DNA from: a virus
Lineage: Duplodnaviria > Caudoviricetes
Direction: 5' to 3' (one strand)
IMG/VR virus record: IMGVR_UViG_3300037419_001302
Coordinates: 1-51,229 of that record
Length of the DNA stretch: 51,229 nt
The notes under the pieces are model-generated. The model had not been told where the DNA came from, made no database searches, and worked only from the letters and a program-made list of their open reading frames with translations. Each line of letters starts with the position of its first letter. Position 1 is the first letter of the stretch. This document shows positions 26,154 through 34,318 of this stretch, piece after piece. Made by a program: the position numbers and the translations under genes.

Positions 26154-27809
26154 ATGGCCGTCAGCGACCGCGCCAAAGACCTGATCGGGCGCTACCGCAC
26201 GCTCAAGGGCGCCCGCTCGCAATTCGATTCGCAGTGGGAAGACCTGGCGCGGGTCATGTTGCCGCAGCGCATGGGCTTCGTGTCGGACACGGTTCCTGGC
26301 GAGCGGCGCACCGACGACCTGTTCGACGGCACGCCGATGCAGGCCGCCCGTGGTCTGGCCAATGCGACCGGCGGGTTCCTCCGCCCCGATGGGCAGAAGT
26401 TCTTTTTCATCAAGACGGTGGACGACCGGGTCGGCCAGAGCGACGAGGCCAAGGAATGGCTCGCCGCCGCCGAGGACCGCATGATCGAGGAAATGCTGAA
26501 GCCGAAGGCCCGCTTCCGGCAGGCCACTGGCGAGGTTGATCTCGATCTCGTCGTTCTCGGTACCGGCATCATCTACACCGGTGAGCGAGCGGCGAAGGAC
26601 GGGCTCCTGTTCCAGTCGCTCCACCTCAAAAGCGCTGTGCCGTTCTTCTCCGACGAGGGCGATGCCGAGGGGATGTTCCGCGAGCGTTGCTTCAAGGTTC
26701 GCCAACTCGTGAAGCGGTTCGGTGAGGAGGCCCTGTCCGAGGGGGTGCGTCGCAAGATCGTCGAGAAGAAGCTCGACGACGATGTGATCATGCTGCACTG
26801 CGTCGTGCCGCGCGCCGAGGGCCGGGCCGATGCGCTCTTGGCCAAGAACCTGCCATTCGCGTCGATTTGGATCGAACTCGCCGCCAGCAATGAGGTCGAG
26901 GTCGGCGGCTTTCACGAGTTCCCGTTCGCCGTGCCCCGGTGGGACACGAGCTCGGGCGAGACCTACGGCCGCTCGCCGGGCATGATCGCGCTCCCCGACG
27001 CCGACACGCTGCAGGCGATGGGCGCGACCATCCTGATCGCCGGCCAACGCGCGGCCGACCCGCCGCTGCTCGTACCGGATGACGGGTTCTTCGACGGCGC
27101 GAACTCGTTCCCAGGCGGCCTGACCTACTACAACGCCGATCTCGCCAAGCAGATGGGCAAGATCCCGGTCGGCCCATTGGAGACCGGAGCCAATCTCCCG
27201 ATCACCCGCGACATGCAGAACGACGAGCGCCAGCAGGTGTTCGCGGCGTTCTTCAAGAACGTGCTGAACCTTCCCGTCGAAGGGCCGCAGATGACCGCCG
27301 AGGAGGTCCGGGCCCGCAAGGAGGAGTTCATCCGCGAGATCGGTCCGGTGTTCGGGCGGTTGGAATCCGACTACACGGCGCCGATCGTCGAACGGACATT
27401 CAGCGTCATGCTGCGGGCCGGAGCGCTTCCCCCGATCCCCCAGGTTCTGGCCGGACAGGGCATCCGCTTCGAGTACGAGAGCCCGGTCAAGAAAATCCGC
27501 CAGCAGGTCGAGGCGGCCGCGGCGCGTCTGTGGGTGCAGGACCAGATCAACATCGCCAAAGCGACCCAAGACCCGTCGCACCTCGACATCGTCGATTGGG
27601 ACGAATACTCGCGCTTCACCGCCGATGCCGGGTCGGTGCCGCACACGATCGTCGTCGGCAAGGACAAGGTCCAGGAGAAGCGCCAGGCCCGTGCGCAAGA
27701 GCAGGCTCAGCAGGCCCGCATGGCGCAGGCGAGCCAGGCGGTCGATCTCGCGGCCCGTGCCGCCGATGTGCCGGGCGTGAAGCGCGCGGTCGAAGGCACC
27801 GCCGCCTAA
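26154..27809 (+). CDS. Portal / head-tail connector (T7/BPP-1 type)
   Basis: DLVVLGTG, RW..SGETYGRSPG..ALPD..TLQ, MTAEEVRARKEE..GPVFGRL. Confidence 0.95.
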   Translation: MAVSDRAKDLIGRYRTLKGARSQFDSQWEDLARVMLPQRMGFVSDTVPGERRTDDLFDGTPMQAARGLANATGGFLRPDGQKFFFIKTVDDRVGQSDEAKEWLAAAEDRMIEEMLKPKARFRQATGEVDLDLVVLGTGIIYTGERAAKDGLLFQSLHLKSAVPFFSDEGDAEGMFRERCFKVRQLVKRFGEEALSEGVRRKIVEKKLDDDVIMLHCVVPRAEGRADALLAKNLPFASIWIELAASNEVEVGGFHEFPFAVPRWDTSSGETYGRSPGMIALPDADTLQAMGATILIAGQRAADPPLLVPDDGFFDGANSFPGGLTYYNADLAKQMGKIPVGPLETGANLPITRDMQNDERQQVFAAFFKNVLNLPVEGPQMTAEEVRARKEEFIREIGPVFGRLESDYTAPIVERTFSVMLRAGALPPIPQVLAGQGIRFEYESPVKKIRQQVEAAAARLWVQDQINIAKATQDPSHLDIVDWDEYSRFTADAGSVPHTIVVGKDKVQEKRQARAQEQAQQARMAQASQAVDLAARAADVPGVKRAVEGTAA

Positions 27810-27829
27810 GCGAAACCGAAGGAAACGAC

Positions 27830-28111
27830 ATGAGCGACGACAGCCACTGGATCGAGCGGGCCCAATCGGCCGAAGCCAAGCTCGCGACGTTGAAGAACCA
27901 GTTTGAGCCAGCCCTCGAGCGCGTGAAGGCGTTCAAGGCCAACTTCGGCGTGCGTGAGAAGTCGAACGGCGAGATCGAGATCGACTTCGAGAAGATGGTC
28001 GAGCGTCTTGGCGCCGACGGCTGCCTGGAACTGCGGCGCGTCATCGACGAGCGCTGGAACATCTCCGGGAATCCCGGCGAGAAGCCCAAGGTTCGCGTCA
28101 AGGCCGCCTGA
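27830..28111 (+). CDS. Hypothetical protein
   Basis: AAGGA RBS; coupled to the next gene. Confidence 0.75.
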   Translation: MSDDSHWIERAQSAEAKLATLKNQFEPALERVKAFKANFGVREKSNGEIEIDFEKMVERLGADGCLELRRVIDERWNISGNPGEKPKVRVKAA

Positions 28112-28449
28112 TGGCCGAGGAAACCACGGTCGAGGAGACCCCGGAGGACACCGCCACGCTGCTGCGGATGGCGACCTCTCTGCCGGCCGCGCGCGACTAC
28201 ACGCCGATGGACCGCTACCGGGACTTCCGCAAGGTCTTCCTCGGCTCCGACGACGGTCAGCGGGTGTTCCGGGAGCTGCTCTCCTGGGGCCACATGTTCA
28301 AACCCTCTGCCAACGGTTCACCGATCGATCCCTTGCTGATGGCGATCCACGAGGGCGAGCGCAACTACGCGCTCCGGCTGCTCGCGACCGTCACCCGCGA
28401 GCCCATCACAAAGCCCGTCCGGGCGAACACGACAGCGAAAAAGGACTGA
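28111..28449 (+). CDS. Bbp19-like small post-portal protein
   Basis: FRKVFLGSDDGQRVFREL..AIHEGERNYALRL. Confidence 0.75.
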   Translation: MAEETTVEETPEDTATLLRMATSLPAARDYTPMDRYRDFRKVFLGSDDGQRVFRELLSWGHMFKPSANGSPIDPLLMAIHEGERNYALRLLATVTREPITKPVRANTTAKKD

Positions 28450-28452
28450 CGC

Positions 28453-29481
28453 ATGTTGCTCTTCAACAATGATGATTTCCGGGCTCGGCGCATGCTGTTT
28501 GCCGATGGCGACGGCGCCCAGGGCGGCGGCGGTTCAGGCTCCGGCGACGGGAGCCAGGGCGGCGCTCAGGGCGCCGGTGGCGAAGGCCAGGGGGCTCAAG
28601 GAGCCCAGGGAGCCCAGGGAGCCCAGGGCCAGCAGCAACAGCAGCAGGGCGCGCAGGGTCAGCAACAGCAGGCCGACTGGCGCACCGGCATCACCGACGA
28701 GAAGCTCCGCGAGCACGCGAGCCGCTTCAACAGCCTCGACGACGTGATCCGCGGCAACCTGGATTTGCGGTCCCAGTCTGACCGCCTGCGCTCGACGGCG
28801 GTTGTGATTCCGGGCAGGGACGCCAAGCCCGAGGAGATCGCCGAGTACCGCAAGAAGATCGGCGTGCCCGAGACCAAGGACGCCTACCTGGCGCTGTTCC
28901 CGCAGCCGGAGCAGGGGAAGGAGCTGTCGTCCGAGGTTGTCGCGGTGCGCGGCAAGTGGGCCGAGCGCTTCCACGCCGCCAATGTCCCGTCCGACGTCGC
29001 GGCGCAACTGGTCAAGAGCTTCGCCGAGGACGCCGAAGCCGAGAAGAAAGCCCAACTCGAGGCCGACACGCGCTACGCCAACGAGACCGACGCCGCGCTC
29101 AAGAAGGAATGGGGCGCCGACTACGAGCCCAACAAGGCTTATGCGAACCGCGCCGCCGAGAAACTGTTCGGCGCCGATTTCGAGACCGTGCGTGGTCTTG
29201 AGGACAAGAGCGGCCGCTTCGTGCTCGACAGCGCCCCGATGCTCCGGGCCCTTGCCCGGCTCGGCCGCGAGATGGGCGAGTCCGGTCTCGGTGGAACGGT
29301 CACCGAGGGCGAACGTGCGACCATCGACCAGCATATTTCCGACCTTCGCAAGCAGCAGTCGGATGCCCAGGCGGCCGGCGACAGCAAGAAGGCCAACGAG
29401 CTCTACAAGCAGGAGCAGGCGCTGATCGCCAAGCGCAACGGCAATCAGCCCGTCGTCGGCGCGCGCGGTCGCGCCGCCTAA
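28453..29481 (+). CDS. Capsid scaffolding protein
   Basis: Low-complexity G/Q N-terminus, KIGVPE, LKKEWGADY; lies between portal and capsid. Confidence 0.85.
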   Translation: MLLFNNDDFRARRMLFADGDGAQGGGGSGSGDGSQGGAQGAGGEGQGAQGAQGAQGAQGQQQQQQGAQGQQQQADWRTGITDEKLREHASRFNSLDDVIRGNLDLRSQSDRLRSTAVVIPGRDAKPEEIAEYRKKIGVPETKDAYLALFPQPEQGKELSSEVVAVRGKWAERFHAANVPSDVAAQLVKSFAEDAEAEKKAQLEADTRYANETDAALKKEWGADYEPNKAYANRAAEKLFGADFETVRGLEDKSGRFVLDSAPMLRALARLGREMGESGLGGTVTEGERATIDQHISDLRKQQSDAQAAGDSKKANELYKQEQALIAKRNGNQPVVGARGRAA

Positions 29482-29693
29482 CCCCATTCGGACCGGCCGG
29501 CTGATCCTGCCCATTCCGTAACCGCCGCCGAGCGCCGGATTCCCCGCGAGGGCCCCGGACCAGCGGCATCCTCCCCAGCGTTCCCGAAGCCCCGCAGCAC
29601 GGCCCGCGGCCCCAGCAATGGATTCCCGCCCGGCCCGATGTGGATTCCAGAGGGCGACGCCTGATCCCACCAACCAAGGGAAAAGGTGTTCCC

Positions 29694-30587
29694 ATGAGCA
29701 CGTCCATCGATACCGCGTTCATCACCTCCTACGAGGCCAAGGTCCACGAGGTTTTCCAGCGTCGTGGCTCCTACCTCCGCGAGGCCTGCCGCCTGAAGAC
29801 CGACGTCGTCGGCTCCACGGCGGTGTTCCAGAAGATCGGCAAGGGCGTCGCGACGACCAAGGCGCGTCACGGCACCATCACGCCGATGAACCAGGACCAC
29901 ACCGCGCCGAGCTGCACCCTCGCCGACTTCTACGCCGGCGACTGGGTCGACCGTCTCGACGAGGCGAAGACCAACATCAACGAGCGTGACGCGATCGCCA
30001 CCGGCGGTGCGATGGCGCTGGGCCGCAAGGTCGACGACCAGATCACCACGGTCCTCGACACCACGACTCAGTCCACCGTGACGCTCACGGTGACCTCGAA
30101 GGCTTCCATCCTGGCGACCGCGATCCAGTTCGCGGAGTCGGCGTGGGCCAACGACGTCCCCAACGACGGTCAGGTCTACGCCGCGGTGACGGCACGCTAC
30201 TGGTCCCAGCTCATGCTGCTCGATCAGTTCCAGCGTGCGGAGTACGTCAACGCCGCCGGTCAGGCCTTCGTCTCCGGTCCCACCATGGGCGCCGGCCGCT
30301 GGAAGGACTGGATGGGGATCAAGTGGAAGATGCAGACCGGCCTCCCCGGTGCGGGCACAGCCACGGCCAAGAACTTCATCTGGCACCAGACGGCGGTCGG
30401 TTACGCCATCGCGGCGGCGGCCGGCAACGTCGCCGGCAACGAGGCGGTGGGCGCGGACATCACCTGGCACGGTGACCGCGCGGCGCACTTCGTCAACCAC
30501 ATGATGTCCGGTCAGGCCTGCCTGATCGACGACACCGGCGTGATCGAGGGCGACCTCGACGACACCGCGGCGATCGCCACGAGCTAA
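29694..30587 (+). CDS. Major capsid protein
   Basis: MSTSIDTAFITSYEAKVHEVFQRRGSYLR..VDRLD..AMALGRKVDDQI; strong codon bias; followed by a terminator. Confidence 0.92.
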   Translation: MSTSIDTAFITSYEAKVHEVFQRRGSYLREACRLKTDVVGSTAVFQKIGKGVATTKARHGTITPMNQDHTAPSCTLADFYAGDWVDRLDEAKTNINERDAIATGGAMALGRKVDDQITTVLDTTTQSTVTLTVTSKASILATAIQFAESAWANDVPNDGQVYAAVTARYWSQLMLLDQFQRAEYVNAAGQAFVSGPTMGAGRWKDWMGIKWKMQTGLPGAGTATAKNFIWHQTAVGYAIAAAAGNVAGNEAVGADITWHGDRAAHFVNHMMSGQACLIDDTGVIEGDLDDTAAIATS

Positions 30588-30593
30588 CGGGAC

Positions 30594-30629
30594 GGCGGGC
30601 GGGGCTTCGGCCTCGCCCGTCTTTCGTTT
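30594..30629 (+). terminator. Intrinsic terminator after the capsid gene
   Basis: GGCGGGCGGGGC-TTCG-GCCTCGCCCGTC followed by TTTCGTTT. Confidence 0.8.
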
Positions 30630-30666
30630 GCGTCTTTCTTCCACTTCTCACTGATGGAGGCCTTCA

Positions 30667-30960
30667 ATGGCTTTCGATGCTTCCAACCTGGCGCTGGTCT
30701 CCAGCGTCAACGGCTACGGCCTGTACCGGTACGACACCACCGACGCTTTGGCGACGGTGGACGGCGACGGCTACATGAACAACTCGGACGACACGGTGAA
30801 CCTCGCCGTGGGCGACGTCATCGAGGTGGTTGTGTGGACGACGGCGGTTCGCACCGGCACGATCTCGGCCGTCGGCCGCCACATCGTGATGGCGGTCTCG
30901 TCGGGCTCGGTCAATCTGTCGAACGACCTGCTCGGCGCTACCGTCGTCAACTCCGACTAG
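30667..30960 (+). CDS. Putative capsid decoration/cement protein
   Basis: Small beta-rich protein directly after the capsid gene; GGAGG RBS. Confidence 0.65.
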   Translation: MAFDASNLALVSSVNGYGLYRYDTTDALATVDGDGYMNNSDDTVNLAVGDVIEVVVWTTAVRTGTISAVGRHIVMAVSSGSVNLSNDLLGATVVNSD

Positions 30961-30984
30961 CCGTAGGGCGGGGCGATTTCCGTC

Positions 30985-31752
30985 ATGGCGATCGCTCCGC
31001 CCGCCTTCTACGTCACGCCCGGGCGCGAGCCCTCCTTGGTTCTGGGCAAGGCCTTTGCGGAAGGGTGCGGCGGCGATCTCGTCGATACGCGCTTCGTGGC
31101 CAACCGGCCGGCCGCGTTCTACGGGGTCAGCAAATACACGCTGCCGATCTTCCAGGCCTGCCAGGCCCGGGGCCTCGATCACTACTACGTCGATAACGGG
31201 TACTTCCGGCCCGGCCATTTCGACGGCTACTTCCGGATCACCCGGAACGCTCCTCAGCACTCCGGCATCGGGCGACCCGATTACGACCGCTGGAAAGCCC
31301 TCGGGCTGGCGATCAAGCCATGGCGTACGACCGGCCGCCACGTCCTGGTCATCGGCCAGAGCCGAACGTATTTCGAGCTTCGCGGCGAGCGCCCTGTAAC
31401 GCGCTTCTGGGACATCGTGACCGCCATTGCCGAAGTGACCGACCGGCCAATTCTGTACCGTCCCAAACCGACGGCGTCGGGACCGAGGCGCTCCCTCGCA
31501 GAGGACCTGCGCGACGCTTGGTGTGTGGTCGCCTTCACGTCGAACGTCGCCGTTGAGGCCCTGCTCGAGGGTATCCCTGTGTTCGTGACCGGCGACTGCG
31601 CGGCACGGGTGATGGGCGAAACCGATCTCGGGCAAATCGAAACGCCGCGGCGCCCCGATACCCGTGACGAGTGGGCCGCCGTACTGGCCGCGAATCAGTG
31701 GACCGTCGATGAAATCCGGTCCGGAAAGTGCTGGCGCGATCTCCATGTTTGA
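30985..31752 (+). CDS. GT-B glycosyltransferase resembling the capsule-biosynthesis KpsC/KpsS family
   Basis: YVDNGYF, VLVIGQ, YRPKP, CVVAFTSNVAVEALLEGIPVF. Confidence 0.7.
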   Translation: MAIAPPAFYVTPGREPSLVLGKAFAEGCGGDLVDTRFVANRPAAFYGVSKYTLPIFQACQARGLDHYYVDNGYFRPGHFDGYFRITRNAPQHSGIGRPDYDRWKALGLAIKPWRTTGRHVLVIGQSRTYFELRGERPVTRFWDIVTAIAEVTDRPILYRPKPTASGPRRSLAEDLRDAWCVVAFTSNVAVEALLEGIPVFVTGDCAARVMGETDLGQIETPRRPDTRDEWAAVLAANQWTVDEIRSGKCWRDLHV

Positions 31753-32419
31753 CTTTGAAGGTGTCTGGCTGCCGGACAACGAGGTCCATCTGCCGCAATG
31801 GATGAAGCGGTCCGGGCTGCACAAGCGCGACGGCTTCCCGACGTACCAGTACCGAAAGTATGAGGCGGCCCTTGCGCTCTGCAGCACCCGTCGTCTGGCG
31901 ATCGACGTCGGCGCCCACGTCGGTCAGTGGTCGCGGGTGATGGCGATGGACTTCGACACCGTCGTCGCGTTTGAGCCGGTGGCCCGCTATCGCGAGTGCT
32001 GGCTGGCAAACCTCAAGGATTTTTCGAACGCGAACCTCGCCCCATATGCGCTCGGGGATGAGGTCGGCAACGTCGGCATGGAAACCCCCACGAAGGGCAG
32101 CCACGGCGATACCCGCGTGGTTCTCCGGCCCGGCGGTCCAGGTGCTGTTTCGATGCTGCCGCTCGATCGCTTCGCCTTCACGAAGGTCGATTTCATCAAG
32201 ATCGACTGCGAGGGCTTCGAACTGATGGTGCTCAAGGGAGCTCGCGAGACCCTGATCCGCAACAAGCCGGTTCTCTGCGTCGAGCAGAAACCGGGGCACG
32301 GCCGGCACTTCGGCATCGGCGACACCGACGCCATCCCGTTCCTCAAGGATCTGGGATTCGCCGTCCGCCACGTCATCTCCGGCGACTACATCTTCGAATG
32401 GGACTCGGCGACGATTTAA
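31745..32419 (+). CDS. FkbM-family SAM methyltransferase
   Basis: AIDVGAHVGQWS, VAFEP, ALGD, DFIKIDCEGFELMVLKGA. Confidence 0.9.
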   Translation: MFDFEGVWLPDNEVHLPQWMKRSGLHKRDGFPTYQYRKYEAALALCSTRRLAIDVGAHVGQWSRVMAMDFDTVVAFEPVARYRECWLANLKDFSNANLAPYALGDEVGNVGMETPTKGSHGDTRVVLRPGGPGAVSMLPLDRFAFTKVDFIKIDCEGFELMVLKGARETLIRNKPVLCVEQKPGHGRHFGIGDTDAIPFLKDLGFAVRHVISGDYIFEWDSATI

Positions 32420-33180
32420 TGGCGACGGCGCACGCGCGCCGCGTCTATCGGCTTGACCCAACCCGCAAGGTAGCGATCGGAAACGAGGAGCGGCGCTTCT
32501 ACTGGTCCGAGGTGTTCTGGCACAACCCGATCATCGCCAGCCCGGCTGAGATACGCTCCAAGCGTCCCGTGCAGTGGATCGTCAATGCGTCCGGCTGCCG
32601 GCCCTACATCGACTACGCGGCGACGGGTTGTCCGGCCCGAACGGCGTCCCGGTTCGTGTGGAAGGACATCGGCCCGCTCGAGCCAGGAGAAATCCACTTC
32701 ACGGCGGCTGAGCGCGAGCCGTTCGCCGAAGGACGTTTTGTCGTCGTCGAGCCACACGTCACGCGGGCGAACAAGGATTGGACGTTCGCTCGGTTTCAGG
32801 CCGTCGTCGATGCGCTTCCCGATCTTCGCTTCGTTCAGCCCGATTACGGCAAGCAACGGCTGCGTGGGGTCGAATCCATCATCACTCGCACGCTCCGCGA
32901 TGCCTGCCGGCTCATTCGGGACGCTGCGGCCTACATCGGGCCCGAAGGCGCCCTTCATCACGCCGCTGCCGCGGTGAACACGCCGGCCGTGGTCATCTTC
33001 GGCGGTTTCATCTCGCCGCGTCAGACCGGCTACGAGGGCCAAGTCAGCCTGTTCGCCGGTGGCGCGCCGTGCGGCAGTCGTCAGCCCTGCACCCACTGCA
33101 CCGAGGCCATGGCCGCCATCACCCCGGAGAGCGTCGCCGATGCTCTCCGCTCCATCCTCTCGATCAAGGACCAGACATGA
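32398..33180 (+). CDS. GT9 (heptosyltransferase-like) glycosyltransferase
   Basis: MGLGDDLM, NKDW, LRDACRLI..YIGPEGALHHAAAAVNTPAVVIFG, C..C..C..AMAAITPESV. Confidence 0.85.
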   Translation: MGLGDDLMATAHARRVYRLDPTRKVAIGNEERRFYWSEVFWHNPIIASPAEIRSKRPVQWIVNASGCRPYIDYAATGCPARTASRFVWKDIGPLEPGEIHFTAAEREPFAEGRFVVVEPHVTRANKDWTFARFQAVVDALPDLRFVQPDYGKQRLRGVESIITRTLRDACRLIRDAAAYIGPEGALHHAAAAVNTPAVVIFGGFISPRQTGYEGQVSLFAGGAPCGSRQPCTHCTEAMAAITPESVADALRSILSIKDQT

Positions 33181-33671
33181 GCGAAAACGCAACCCTTCAC
33201 GCCAAGCACCAGCACCTGACGAATCCCCAGGACGGCACCACAGGGAAGGTCTTCACCTACACCTGCGACCACAACCTTTCGGAATGCCTGAAGGACGGCT
33301 ACTTCGACACGCTGCGAAGCAATCTCCTTCCCGGCGATTCGATCCGCCTGGTCCAGAAGGACACGCTGGCCGAGCTCCGCAAGGCTCGCGTTCTGGCGGT
33401 GCTCGACGCCATGGTGGTGGCGATCGAGGCGCCGCACGTCTTCGTCCGTCCCTGCGGCGAGCGCTGGACGTTCAAGTTCGGCTCGGCCACCGAAGCGGCC
33501 TCTGCCCAGTCCGATGAGCGGTACGTCGAGGAGACCGGCGAGGTGAAGTGGAACCCCGGGACCAAGACACACGATGTCATTGTCAAGGGCGAGGTCGTCG
33601 CCAAGCTGACCGACAAGGAAACCGCGCACCGAATCGCCCACGGCGACGCGCCCTTGCCCGTCGCGGCCTGA
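33177..33671 (+). CDS. Hypothetical protein, possibly a paralog of the decoration protein
   Basis: FTYTCDHNLSECLKDGYF..LLPGDSI resembles YRYDTTDALATVDGDGYM..LAVGDVI of 30667-30960. Confidence 0.65.
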   Translation: MSENATLHAKHQHLTNPQDGTTGKVFTYTCDHNLSECLKDGYFDTLRSNLLPGDSIRLVQKDTLAELRKARVLAVLDAMVVAIEAPHVFVRPCGERWTFKFGSATEAASAQSDERYVEETGEVKWNPGTKTHDVIVKGEVVAKLTDKETAHRIAHGDAPLPVAA

Positions 33672-33694
33672 AATCTGGAACCTAGGAGGGCGCG

Positions 33695-34318
33695 ATGGCC
33701 ACCGACATCGGCATCGCCAACGCCGCCCTCCGGCGGCTCGGCGCGAACACGATCACATCCTTTACCCAGGGCACGAAATCGGCGAACTGCGCCAACGATC
33801 TTTACGTGGAAGCGCGCGACGAGTTGCTGCGCTCGCATTACTGGAACTTCGCCCAGCGGCGGGTCAAGCTCGCGCAGCTCTCCAAGGTGCCCTCGTTCGG
33901 CTTCGATTTCGCCTACGCGCTGCCGTCGGACTGGATCCGCACCGTGTCTGTCTTCGACAACGACGCTGGCGTGGGCACGGTCGAATACAGCGAGGAATAT
34001 CAGGACGGTCAAAACGTCCTCCTGTCCTCCGCGACCGATATCTACCTCGTCTACACCGCGCGAGTGACGGACCCGAACCGGATGCCGCCCGACTTCCGCC
34101 GGGCGCTGTCACGGTCACTCGCCGAGGCGATGGCGGTCGATCTCACCGGCAGCAACACGCTCCAGCAGGCCTGCGCCGAAGAGGCCAAGGAGTTCGCCCG
34201 CAAGGCGCGCTCTGCCGATGCCCAGGGCTCGACGCCCAGGGGACGTCCGAGAGGATCGTGGGCGACGTCGCGCGGCGGGTTCCGGTCACGCTGGGACGAC
34301 ACGTTCGGCAATGACTAG
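33695..34318 (+). CDS. Tail adaptor / tubular protein A (T7 gp11-like)
   Basis: IANAALRRLG..RDELLRSHYWNFA..FAYALPSDWIR. Confidence 0.9.
   Translation: MATDIGIANAALRRLGANTITSFTQGTKSANCANDLYVEARDELLRSHYWNFAQRRVKLAQLSKVPSFGFDFAYALPSDWIRTVSVFDNDAGVGTVEYSEEYQDGQNVLLSSATDIYLVYTARVTDPNRMPPDFRRALSRSLAEAMAVDLTGSNTLQQACAEEAKEFARKARSADAQGSTPRGRPRGSWATSRGGFRSRWDDTFGND

Noticed and set aside
25800-27698. 632-aa minus-strand ORF (likewise 18512-20044, 44176-45996, 16562-17830, 30664-31887)
   Set aside because: Antisense shadows of clear genes (portal, DnaB, ejection/fibre, MTase, GT) with no recognisable motifs.
28545-28672. Tandem 9-bp GGAGCCCAG and CAG repeats as a CRISPR array or contingency locus
   Set aside because: In-frame low-complexity GAQ/Q linker of the scaffold protein; no repeat-spacer structure and no cas genes.
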